A stretch of DNA of 64,000 nt from Chloroflexia bacterium (GTDB lineage: Bacteria > Chloroflexota > Chloroflexia > QHBQ01 > JADMIH01): NCBI GenBank assembly GCA_034437815.1, contig DAOTTC010000057.1:24225-88224 (forward strand). Direction: 5' to 3'. Numbering within the stretch: the stretch's first letter is position 1; each line of letters begins with the position of its first letter. The notes beneath the pieces were generated by a model. That model worked only from the letters and a program-made list of their open reading frames with translations, ran no database searches and was not told where the DNA came from. Shown piece by piece: positions 27,683 through 35,759 of this stretch. The translations under genes and the position numbers were made by a program.

Positions 27683-30370
27683 TCAGAAGTCGAACACCGC
27701 CGTATAAGGTTGGTCCTTCGCCCTGATCTGGATGTCGTCCTGATTGTCGTCCGGTATGTCGGGCAGGTCAACGTTCATTACGAAGGAGCCACTGGCGTCG
27801 GTCACGGTCCTGCCCAACACACGTGGGTCTTGGCCTTCGATGTTGAGGGTCAAGATGATTTCGGCGTTGGCCGGCCAGTTGGTGCCGCGTGCCGTGAAAG
27901 TGTTGGATCTGGGCACGGTTTTGACCATATCGGTGATGGGCAGGTAACGTACGGAATATTGGTGGCCGCCGACGGCAATGGCCTGCACGCCGAGATCGGT
28001 GCGACCCCACCAAGGCGCGCCCGCGTTGAAGGTGATATTGAAGGTGCCGTTGTTTCTGACGGTGGCGCTTCCGACCTGAACGTTCACAGTGCCATCGGCA
28101 GAGATCACGCTGAGGTTGACCACACTGCCGGGCTGCCAGCCTTCGCCTTTCACCCAGTAAACGATGGGGCCTCGATCAGCGCGGTAGCTGTTCACGGTCA
28201 GGGGCAGTCCGGCAGGCACTATCCTGCCGCCTGAAGCTACGACCCACACGGGGGTGGTGGCTGTGGGACCGTTGGCCGCCACGGCGGTCAGGGTGAGTTG
28301 CCCTGCGTTCTGCCAGCGCGGTCCAAGTGCTAAGTTCACCGAGAAGTTGCCAGCGGCGTCTGCCTGAGCCTGCGCTATCCATTCGTCTACACCGGTGCGC
28401 CCTACGCCGATGGATACGAGCGCGCCACCCGGCCACCTGCTGCCGCTCACCGTAGCCACCTGACCTATGGCCAGCACGTTGGGGCTGATGGCGACGGTGG
28501 CATTAGAGGGGCGTGGGGTGGCCGTGGGTTGGCCGGTGATATAGTAAGGCACTTCCAGACGGATGGTGCTCTTGGACTCGGAGGCCATCAGCCTCACCTC
28601 GCTGCGGGTGCTGTACTGTGGGTCGAGCCACACTGCAACCGAGAAGTTGCCTGCGCCATCGGTGGTTATGAGGTTAGGCAACCACGCTTCGGTGGAACTG
28701 CCCACAGCCCTCGTGCCGATGCTCAACGGGCGGTTGGGGGGCCAACTGTAGCCGCGCAGGGTGACGTACACCCCGGCAGGCCCGCGGTCGGGTGTTACCT
28801 GAAGGCCGGGCTGGGCGATCACGGTCAACCTGTAGTCGGTGGTGGCCTTGAGGCCGCCGTCGGCTGTTGCCACTACCGTGAACTGCGCGCCCACCGGCCG
28901 ATTGCCCACCGGCAGATTAGCGTCGAAAGTGCCCGAAGCGTTGGTCTCGGTCCTGATCACCCACTGCATCTCGCCCGTGGTGAAGTAGAAGCCCAGATTG
29001 ACCGCAATGCGGGCGGGGAAGCCTTCGCCTCGAACCCGCACGACCCCGTTGGTGACCACTTCGAGGGGACCAGCGGCGATGGTGGGATTGTAGTTGAGCC
29101 TGTAAGGGTGGGTGGCGCGCACTGCACCGGCGTTGGCGCTCGCCACGATATTTACTTCGCCCAGCACAGCCGCATCGGCGGGCAGGGTTATCCTTGTGCT
29201 AAAGGTGCCATCGGCCCTCGCAGCCGCCGTGGTTATGCCTCGGAAGTAATTGGCGGACGGCTTTTCAACGCTTATGAGCACGGCAGAGTGCGCCGGGAAG
29301 TTCCTGCCCGATACGGTCAGGGGGGTGGTGGCATCGCCCTGAGCAGGCTCCACCGTTATGGCGGCCTGAGCCGCAGGCCTTGCGGTGGAAGTGGGAGTGG
29401 GGGCGGGTGGCAGGGGGCGGCCTTTGTAACGCCAGTCGTAGTAAGCCCGGCCCACATTAGCCATCTCAACCTTCCAGCCTTCGGGGTTGTGGGGCGAATA
29501 GGTGAGGATACGGCGCTGAAAGGCCTGCATAAGCACCCAACGCTCCTGCCCGTTCACGTTTATGTTGATCCAGTACGGCTCGGTGATGGGGTAACCCATC
29601 GCGAACAGCCAATCCACCACGGTGTCATTCACATAGCGTCCGTTGTTATAAACCATGCCTTTTTGGTTGAGAAAGCTCCAGAATACGTCGGGTATGTTGT
29701 GGCCCAGAGTGGGTTCGTACACTGCGTATGTGGCGAAGCCGGCGAGGTTATCCACAACGCCGATGTTGCCTCTTCTGCCCAGACCCTCGCGCACGTTTTG
29801 GCCGGTGCGGTTGGGTGCGCGGTTATCGCCTTTGAGCGAGGCCACTGTGGCTAGGGCGGCATAGGTTGGGGCGTTGGGGCTGTTGGCATCGCCGGCGACG
29901 GGGATATCGGCGGGCAGGGTGGGCGCGAACATGTGGTCGCCCATCTGTATGCGGCCCGCTATCATGTCCACTACCAACAGGCCATTGGTGACGAACCACC
30001 GAGAGTTGCGATCGCCCGCCGGGTTATTGATCTCCATGCGGCTCTTATCAAAATAGCTGACCAGATGCTGGCCGCCGGGGCCTTCGGCGTAAGGCTCGTA
30101 GCCGGAATAGAAAGCGTCAGGCCCCCACATCCATGAACGCGCAGCCCGGCGCTCCTCGACGGGCCGGTCGGTACGGCTCCATACCTGTTCGAAAGCGGGG
30201 TCGGCGGCGGCGATGCGCGTGCGCGCGCTGGCTGCCGGGATGAACTGCCCGGCGAAAGGCACGACCGCTACCAGCACACCAAGCACGGCCAGCAGTGCTG
30301 CCTTCGCCTTTGGCCCACGCATTCGGACGCGGGGAGACAAAACCTCCCCTGTTTTGATGTGTGCAGTCAT
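27683..30370 (-). CDS. Secreted/anchored protein: uncharacterised N-terminal domain plus six tandem Ig-like (IPT/TIG-like) modules
   Basis: ATG 30370 has SD AGGAGG 8 nt upstream. The N-terminal anchor/signal is AKAALLAVLGVLVAVVPFAGQFIPAASA. Six modules of about 85-95 aa each carry V-x-G-x-(G/N)-(F/W)-P and (D/N)-x-x-G-x-F motifs. Examples: TVSGRNFPAHSAV, VRGEGFPARIAV, LRGYSWPPNRPL, VSGSRWPGGALV, VKGEGWQPGSVV, ARGTNWPANAEI. Confidence 0.8.
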   Translation of the reverse strand: MTAHIKTGEVLSPRVRMRGPKAKAALLAVLGVLVAVVPFAGQFIPAASARTRIAAADPAFEQVWSRTDRPVEERRAARSWMWGPDAFYSGYEPYAEGPGGQHLVSYFDKSRMEINNPAGDRNSRWFVTNGLLVVDMIAGRIQMGDHMFAPTLPADIPVAGDANSPNAPTYAALATVASLKGDNRAPNRTGQNVREGLGRRGNIGVVDNLAGFATYAVYEPTLGHNIPDVFWSFLNQKGMVYNNGRYVNDTVVDWLFAMGYPITEPYWININVNGQERWVLMQAFQRRILTYSPHNPEGWKVEMANVGRAYYDWRYKGRPLPPAPTPTSTARPAAQAAITVEPAQGDATTPLTVSGRNFPAHSAVLISVEKPSANYFRGITTAAARADGTFSTRITLPADAAVLGEVNIVASANAGAVRATHPYRLNYNPTIAAGPLEVVTNGVVRVRGEGFPARIAVNLGFYFTTGEMQWVIRTETNASGTFDANLPVGNRPVGAQFTVVATADGGLKATTDYRLTVIAQPGLQVTPDRGPAGVYVTLRGYSWPPNRPLSIGTRAVGSSTEAWLPNLITTDGAGNFSVAVWLDPQYSTRSEVRLMASESKSTIRLEVPYYITGQPTATPRPSNATVAISPNVLAIGQVATVSGSRWPGGALVSIGVGRTGVDEWIAQAQADAAGNFSVNLALGPRWQNAGQLTLTAVAANGPTATTPVWVVASGGRIVPAGLPLTVNSYRADRGPIVYWVKGEGWQPGSVVNLSVISADGTVNVQVGSATVRNNGTFNITFNAGAPWWGRTDLGVQAIAVGGHQYSVRYLPITDMVKTVPRSNTFTARGTNWPANAEIILTLNIEGQDPRVLGRTVTDASGSFVMNVDLPDIPDDNQDDIQIRAKDQPYTAVFDF

Positions 30371-30630
30371 TTGTGTTTCCTCCTGTTGCACGCTACGGTT
30401 GGGGATGCAGTGCTCGGATGCTGTGAGTTGCGATCCACCCACTGCTTGCAGACAGGATTATCGCGCGGTGCGGCCCACGAGTAATCGGCAGTGCGGTCTA
30501 TCCACGCATACACAAAAAGGGGGGCTGATCGGTAAGGCTTAAACAGTGCGGGGGGAATGGGACGGTGCGAGTAGCAGGTAGGCCAAAGGGAGTAGGAGCG
30601 AGACCGCCCCCGCTCCTACTTCAAAATTGA

Positions 30631-30652
30631 GCCACCCTGAATTCAGGGTGGC
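30631..30652 (-). terminator. Perfect palindromic hairpin after the small LigA-like gene
   Basis: GCCACCCTG-AATT-CAGGGTGGC lies 33 nt after the TAG stop. On the minus strand it is followed by TCAATTTTG. A second hairpin GTAGGAGCG-N10-CGCTCCTAC lies at 30592-30619. Confidence 0.5.
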
Positions 30653-30684
30653 CCATGCTGAGGTTGGTGCGCCTACGCCTACCC

Positions 30685-30969
30685 CTACGTGCCGGCCACC
30701 TGTTGGGGACGGACCCCCTCGTAGCCGTCGCCGGGGAGCGCACCCGGGCCTGCGATGTGGTCGGCGGTCCAGTCTATGCCGACCTTTGCGGCCATCTGGC
30801 GTATGGCCCCGGCATCTCGCGTCTGCACCGCTCTGAAGAGGGTTTGGCGCTCGGCCTCGTCCAGATCATACAGGCCAAGCGTGGACTGTGGGTCCTGCAC
30901 AGCTCTCTCCCAGAAGCCGGGGTCATCGTGCAGGCGCTGTAAAGCTAAGATCAGGCCTCTTTCGCTCAT
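30685..30969 (-). CDS. Small LigA-like / NHLP-clan-like protein (94 aa)
   Basis: Strong SD (AGGAGGG 7 nt before ATG 30969). The pattern L-x2-L-x2-D-x2-F-x9-DP-x4-L-x2-YDL-x2-AE-x2-L-x6-RD-x9-VGI resembles LigA-subunit-like / Os_1348-type NHLP-clan small proteins. Two hairpins follow the TAG stop. Confidence 0.6.
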   Translation of the reverse strand: MSERGLILALQRLHDDPGFWERAVQDPQSTLGLYDLDEAERQTLFRAVQTRDAGAIRQMAAKVGIDWTADHIAGPGALPGDGYEGVRPQQVAGT

Positions 30970-31139
30970 AAGTATGCCCTCCTATGGCAGTCGGTATGCC
31001 GGTCGCATATTCACTACGGGCGACTGCCGGCGCGTACCGGCACCTACGATCACCCGGCGTGCTTATCACCCCTAAAGAGCAAGGAAAGTGCCACTGTTGT
31101 GAGTTGGCCGGTGGTTGGGTTGGTTCCACCAATAACGAA

Positions 31140-31381
31140 GGTTGGCAGGGTGCTGATTTAGACCCCCGCTGGCGGGTGCCCTGTGGGTGCGTGGGCACAA
31201 ACGCCCCCGGCTCTTTACTTTCCCCCCGATTGGAGGGTTGGCAGGGGCTTAGATCAGCCCCTGTCCGGGGTACCAATGTCCCTCGGCTCTTTACTTTCCC
31301 CAATCGGGGGTTGGCAGGGGGCCTAAATCAGCCCCCTGCCCGGGGGCGCGGGGGTGTCCCCCGGCTCTTTACTTTTTCCCC
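31140..31381 (+). repeat. Three-unit tandem array of structured repeats (two hairpins + conserved GGCTCTTTACTTTCCCC tail per unit)
   Basis: GGTTGGCAGGG starts at 31140, 31236 and 31309. GGCTCTTTACTTT(C/T)CCC tails lie at 31209-31225, 31285-31301 and 31363-31381. Hairpin 1: CAGGGGCT/AGCCCCTG (31242-31263) and GGCAGGGGGC/GCCCCCTGCC (31313-31340). Hairpin 2: CCGGGG/CCCtCGG (31265-31286) and CCGGGGG/CCCCCGG (31340-31364). Confidence 0.85.
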
Positions 31382-31505
31382 TGCATGTTGGTGGAGCTTG
31401 GCCCCCGATTCTTGGCGGCACCAGTTAGGTTTCGATAGTGAAACGGTGGCGCGAGTTGGTGTATACTCTTATGAAGGTGAAGGCTGCCAAGTGCAGGACC
31501 GGGAA

Positions 31506-31537
31506 GTGTAGTGTAGTGTAGTGTGTTGTGTTGTGGT
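31506..31537. repeat. Pentamer tandem repeat (GTGTA) x3 followed by GTGTGTT GTGTT GTGGTG
   Basis: Read directly. It lies 26-57 nt upstream of the XdhC-family TTG start 31563. Confidence 0.85.
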
Positions 31538-31562
31538 GAAGGGCAATGGCGAGGGATAGAAG

Positions 31563-31895
31563 TTGGAGCAAGGCAGTTTTCTGACGGATATAATCCCGGC
31601 CGTGGAGCGTTGGAGGGCCGAAGGCCAGAGGGTAGCGCTGGCCACGGTGGTGAGCGTGCAGGGCACGGCCCCAAGGCGCGAAGGAGCCAAGCTCGCTGTG
31701 TCATCCGGCGGGGAGATGGCCGGGTCGGTGAGCGGGGGCTGTGTGGAAGGCGCGGTGATACAGGAAGCCCTTGAAGTGATACGCACCGGCCGGCCCAAGC
31801 TGCTCACTTATGGCATCACCCCCGACATGATCACCGACGTGGGGCTGTCCTGCGGGGGCACGATCCGCGTGTATGTCGAGCCGCTCGATTGGTAG
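31563..31895 (+). CDS. XdhC/CoxI-family protein (N-terminal XdhC_CoxI domain only)
   Basis: The blocks GQRVALATVVSVQGTAPRREGAKLAV ... GSVSGGCVEGAV ... GLSCGGTIRVYVEPL form the XdhC_CoxI signature. TTG 31563 has GAGGGA 6 nt upstream. The stop is TAG 31893-31895. Confidence 0.75.
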   Translation: MEQGSFLTDIIPAVERWRAEGQRVALATVVSVQGTAPRREGAKLAVSSGGEMAGSVSGGCVEGAVIQEALEVIRTGRPKLLTYGITPDMITDVGLSCGGTIRVYVEPLDW

Positions 31896-31928
31896 CATGG
31901 GCGAGATTGTGCAGCCGGGGGTGCTAGC

Positions 31929-32693
31929 TTGACCGCTTCTATCTCTGTCTATGAGACCCTCGCCCGCATGGTGCGGGAGGGCAGGCCGGTGTGCCTCGCC
32001 ACGCTCATATCCGCAACCGCGCGCCCCGACAACCCCGGTGCGGGCCTGCCCGACATCGGAGCCAAATTGCTCATACCGACGGATGGCTCTGCCGCGCTCG
32101 GTTCCATACACCCAGAGATAGATCGCGCCATCGCGAGCGATGCTACACGCCTGCTGGCCGAAGAGCGCTCGCAGGCTCTAACATATGAGGTGGCGGGGGG
32201 CACTCTGGAGGTGTTCGTCGAGTGCTTCCCGCCACCCCCCCATCTGGTGATAGTGGGCGCGGTGCACATCGCTATCACGTTGTGCAAGCTGGCTAAGCTG
32301 CTCGGCTATCGGGTTACCATTATAGACCCGCGTGAGGCTTTCGCCACTCAGGCTCGCTTTCCCGAAGCGGACCGCATCATGGTGGAATGGCCGGAAGAGG
32401 CCATGCAGGCGATAGACCTGAACATGAGCACATATGTGGTGGTGCTGACCCACGACCCCAAGTTAGACCTGCCTGCATTGATGGCGGCCCTCAGTTCGCC
32501 CGTGCGCTATGTGGGAGCTATAGGCAGTCGCAAGACGAGCGCCGAGCGCAGGGCCAGTCTGGCGGCGATGGGTGCAACAGACGAGCAGATCGCGCGCCTG
32601 CACTCGCCGGTGGGGCTGGCGATCGGTGCGCGCAGCCCCGCTGAGATAGCGGTGTCCATCATGGCGGAGATCATCGCTGTAAGGCGGCTGTAA
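31929..32693 (+). CDS. XdhC-family molybdenum-cofactor insertion accessory protein (XdhC_CoxI + Rossmann XdhC_C)
   Basis: The N-terminal block RPVCLATLISATAR is XdhC_CoxI-like. The Rossmann part is HLVIVGAVHIAITLCKLAKLLGYRVTIIDPRE ... YVVVLTHDPKLDLPAL ... YVGAIGSRKT. The start is TTG 31929. Confidence 0.8.
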   Translation: MTASISVYETLARMVREGRPVCLATLISATARPDNPGAGLPDIGAKLLIPTDGSAALGSIHPEIDRAIASDATRLLAEERSQALTYEVAGGTLEVFVECFPPPPHLVIVGAVHIAITLCKLAKLLGYRVTIIDPREAFATQARFPEADRIMVEWPEEAMQAIDLNMSTYVVVLTHDPKLDLPALMAALSSPVRYVGAIGSRKTSAERRASLAAMGATDEQIARLHSPVGLAIGARSPAEIAVSIMAEIIAVRRL

Positions 32694-32812
32694 AATGGGG
32701 GTGCGGGGAATATACGTCCCCGATGTCATCTTCTATGCAACCTGCGGGCGGGACACCTGCGCTCCCCGCCGATTAGTGCAAAACCCGCCTGCACGACTCG
32801 CGCACGAGCGGG

Positions 32813-34471
32813 CTACCGGCAGGTAGCGCAGGCACCGCACGGGGGCACCTCGTAACGCACACTGTTCAATACCCCCACCACATGCCGCACCATGGGAGAC
32901 GGCGCGGGTCCGAGTGCGAAGTCGCGAGCGATGATAGGAGGCATGGAGCCTGCGAACTCGCCTATGTATACGGGCCTGCCGGCTTGCAAATCGCAGTACG
33001 CCCATTTAGGCCAGTCGGCGGGGTCGCCGGTGTACAGGGTGAGGTCCGGGCGCATGCCGTACACCATCCTGTAGAAGCGCACCACCGACAGGTCTTCCCA
33101 GTCGAGGTACAGGCTGGCCCCACGAGGTACGGAATTGAGCAGGGCCAGAGCCTCGTCTCGGGTAGAGGTCTGCCAGCTCTGGTCAACGCCGGGGTAGCGC
33201 ACCACCGCCAGCACGAGCGCCCCCACGAACAGCACCGGCAGGGTCAGGCCAATGAGCGCGCCCCGGACCTGTGGGAGCGGCGCGCGGTCTGCCCGGTCCA
33301 GCACCCAAAAGACGAATACGAGCACCAACAGCGCCCATATCAGGTATGTGGGTATGAAGTACAGGTAGCCGACCAGAGCGTAGTTCATGGCGAAGGTGAA
33401 GTTGCCGAGCAGCATCAGGGTGAGCAGGGCTGCCTCGTCCCGGCTGGTTCGCCACAGAATGACCGCACCGAGCAGGCCCGCCACGATGCCGGCAGGAGTG
33501 AATTGCGCCGACAGCTCGCCGACGCCAAACACAACCCTTTGAAGCTGGATATCTATGCCGGTGCCAAAGCCCATGACTTGATTGTGAAAAGGCCCGCCGG
33601 TGAGCAGGCTGAAGAAGTCCTTCCACGTGGTGGGGTTGCCCCAGTAGTAGGGAGAGCCAAATAGGAAGCGGTACACCAGAAACAACAGGGGGCTGAGGCC
33701 TGCGAGGAAGCTCAGCGCACCAAGGGCGCGGCGGCGCATGGGGTGGAGGTCTGAGCGGCGGCGGTGGCGCTCCACCTCGATGATCAGGAGATACAGGCCA
33801 TAGGCAGGCAACAGCAGATAGGTGGTACCGTGATGCACCATGCTCAGGCCGATCAGCGCGCAGGATGCATAGAACCATGCGGGCCGGCCCGTGTGCCGCC
33901 AAGCGAGAAGGGAGAAGAGCACGCCCCCCACCAGCAAGGCGTTGAGGGCGTAGCTGCGTGCCACGAGGGCCATGGACCATACGGTGGGAGCAACGGCGAA
34001 CAGCGCCGCCACTGCCGCGGTCGCGGCGACTTGTCGCGGAGACAGGGCGAAGGTGTGCGCGCGCATGGGGTGCATGAGGTGTGCCAGCCTGATGCCGACT
34101 GCGTACAGCATGGTGGCGGCCCCGGCCATGTACACAGCCGAGGATAGGTTGACCCTGTAGGCCACGTCACCCACGGGCAGCATGGTGAACAGCTTGCCTA
34201 GCAACACATAGAGGGGGTAGCCGGTGGGGTGGGGCACGCCAAGCACTGCGGCGCACAACTGAAACTCGGCGTAGTCCCCCGGCATGACCGAGGGTGCGAG
34301 CGTGCGTATGTACAGAGCAGCGGTCGCTACGGAGAGACCAAAGCCCACCGCAACCGCAAGCCAGATGGGTGAGGCCCGGGTGAGCAGCGCCGCACGCGCC
34401 GGCAGCATAGTCACGGAGCGCATGAAACGGAACACATAAGGGACATAGACGAATTCAGGGACCAGCGGCAA
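32813..34471 (-). CDS. DUF2723-family polytopic membrane protein (GT-C-like, TMEM260-type)
   Basis: The N-terminal loop YIRTLAPSVMPGDYAEFQLCAAVLGVPHPTGYPLYVLLGKLF matches the DUF2723 signature. About 11 TM helices and a soluble C-terminal domain are present. The start is uncertain (Met codons at 34471, 34423, 34408). Confidence 0.7.
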   Translation of the reverse strand: MPLVPEFVYVPYVFRFMRSVTMLPARAALLTRASPIWLAVAVGFGLSVATAALYIRTLAPSVMPGDYAEFQLCAAVLGVPHPTGYPLYVLLGKLFTMLPVGDVAYRVNLSSAVYMAGAATMLYAVGIRLAHLMHPMRAHTFALSPRQVAATAAVAALFAVAPTVWSMALVARSYALNALLVGGVLFSLLAWRHTGRPAWFYASCALIGLSMVHHGTTYLLLPAYGLYLLIIEVERHRRRSDLHPMRRRALGALSFLAGLSPLLFLVYRFLFGSPYYWGNPTTWKDFFSLLTGGPFHNQVMGFGTGIDIQLQRVVFGVGELSAQFTPAGIVAGLLGAVILWRTSRDEAALLTLMLLGNFTFAMNYALVGYLYFIPTYLIWALLVLVFVFWVLDRADRAPLPQVRGALIGLTLPVLFVGALVLAVVRYPGVDQSWQTSTRDEALALLNSVPRGASLYLDWEDLSVVRFYRMVYGMRPDLTLYTGDPADWPKWAYCDLQAGRPVYIGEFAGSMPPIIARDFALGPAPSPMVRHVVGVLNSVRYEVPPCGACATCR

Positions 34472-34614
34472 CCGGCTATTTGCCAGTCGTCAGCCCTCTG
34501 CTATGATATATCAAGCGGAAGCAAACGGCAATCGGTTCCGGCTGACATCCGGTCATAAATACCTCGTCGTGCGCGACGGCATGGGCGCAGGCGCGCACGG
34601 CCATGCGCTGCCAG

Positions 34615-34695
34615 TACTTTATGTACAGCAGGGGGTCTGGGGCGAAGACCTCCCCGACCCTTCCTTCCCAAACATCGTGCATGAACGTGCATCAC
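34615..34695 (+). repeat. IGE-1, copy D (divergent hairpin sequence)
   Basis: The hairpin sequence is replaced but still pairs: GGGGGTCT-ggggcga-AGACCtCCCC (34631-34655). Then CCCTTCCTTCCC and AAACATCGTGCATGAACGTGCAT (TGCAT 34678-34682, GTGCA 34687-34691). Confidence 0.65.
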
Positions 34696-34877
34696 TTATG
34701 CCCGGATGACCGCCACCCCCCCAAGGAACGTAAGGAAGCCAGAAAATAGTACTAATACCCGATGGCCCTGCATGTGCTGCGTATCGTCCATTCGGGTTAT
34801 TGTTATGTACAGGAAGGCTGTGTTATAGTGATTTGAGCCGGATTGAGGGAAATGTTATAGAAGGACGTGGGCACAAC

Positions 34878-35678
34878 TTGCGTGTAGCTATCATCTCCGA
34901 CATCCATGCGAACCTGCCGGCCTTCGAGACCGTGCTGAAGCATATGGGGAGCGTGGAAGCGATATGGTGTCTGGGGGATTTAGTAGGCTACGGCCCCCAA
35001 CCAAACGAATGTATATCAGCGCTGCGAGAAAGGGCGCACATCTGCGTGCCGGGCAACCATGATTGGGGGGCGCTGGGCAAGTTGGACCTCGGAGCGTTCA
35101 ACCGTGACGCCCGCTCTATTCTGGAGTGGACGCACAGCGTGCTGACCCCTGAGAACTCCAAGTATCTGGACGAACTGCCCGTACAGCAAGTAGTGAAGTG
35201 GGCCAGTTGCACGTTGGTGCATGCATCTCCTCGCGACCCAATGTGGGAGTACCTGCTCGACCTGTTCGATGCGGCCGAGTGCTTCCCGCTGTTCAGCACG
35301 CGCTATTGTTTTTTGGGGCATACGCACGTGCCGTTGATATTTCTGGACGTGGCGGGCACGGTGAAGGCCGCCATCCCGGAGCATGACGAGAGCATTTCGC
35401 TGGACATCAGGCCCTACAGCCCAAACCACGCCGAGCATGAAGGGGACGAGGGCGGTCCGAGGATGATAATCAACCCCGGCAGTGTGGGCCAGCCCCGCGA
35501 CCGCGACCCACGCGCTGCCTATATGATGCTGGAGCTACCCGACGACCCTGAGACGTCGGGCTGGCAAGCCACGCTGACTTTCTGGCGGGTGCCGTATCCG
35601 GTAGAGGAAACACAGGCATTGATGAAGAAGATGGGCTTCCCACCCCGGTTGATCTCGCGTCTGGAGATGGGCGTATAG
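34878..35678 (+). CDS. Metallophosphoesterase (calcineurin-like, YfcE/MJ0936-type)
   Basis: Motifs present: ISDIHAN (D-x-H), LGDLVGYG (GD), PGNHD (GNHD), LGHTHVP (GH-x-H). The track ORF begins at TTG 34800. I prefer the in-frame TTG 34878 just before LRVAIISDIH, but the start is uncertain. Confidence 0.8.
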   Translation: MRVAIISDIHANLPAFETVLKHMGSVEAIWCLGDLVGYGPQPNECISALRERAHICVPGNHDWGALGKLDLGAFNRDARSILEWTHSVLTPENSKYLDELPVQQVVKWASCTLVHASPRDPMWEYLLDLFDAAECFPLFSTRYCFLGHTHVPLIFLDVAGTVKAAIPEHDESISLDIRPYSPNHAEHEGDEGGPRMIINPGSVGQPRDRDPRAAYMMLELPDDPETSGWQATLTFWRVPYPVEETQALMKKMGFPPRLISRLEMGV

Positions 35679-35759
35679 CCCGATGCGAGATGGTCGGATA
35701 TGAACAGGGCACGGAGAAGGTCAAACCCTTTCCGTGCCCTGTTCATCGTGTGGAGGCGC

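Noticed and set aside
28529-29854. 441-aa ORF on the plus strand
   Set aside because: It is antisense to the Ig-repeat protein gene, whose repeats and SD-supported start are convincing. The ORF has low-complexity G/R/H/A-rich content.
30990-31000. An identical 11-mer GGCATACCGAC (minus strand) about 25-30 nt upstream of both the LigA-like gene start and the pepN start (56361-56371)
   Set aside because: With roughly 8 kb of intergenic sequence compared against itself on both strands, a few chance 11-mer matches are expected. I found no third occurrence.
31140-31381. Possible CRISPR array
   Set aside because: The units are contiguous with no unique, similar-sized spacers. There are only three units, of variable length (96 and 73 bp periods). 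No cas genes are in the window.
30984-31511. 175-aa plus-strand ORF, with the 126-aa minus-strand ORF at 30923-31303, both containing internally repeated peptide segments
   Set aside because: The peptide repeats are simply the translation of the DNA tandem array at 31140-31381. No SD is present, the sequence is low-complexity, and the hairpin structure argues for a non-coding element.
31893-31928. The two XdhC-family ORFs are in the same frame, separated by one TAG and 11 sense codons; possible readthrough fusion
   Set aside because: TAG is the commonest genuine terminator in this window. Being in the same frame has a one-in-three chance. Each ORF has its own purine-rich SD-like sequence and start codon. 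The second ORF already has its own XdhC_CoxI-like N-terminus. I noted it only in connection with stop-codon usage.
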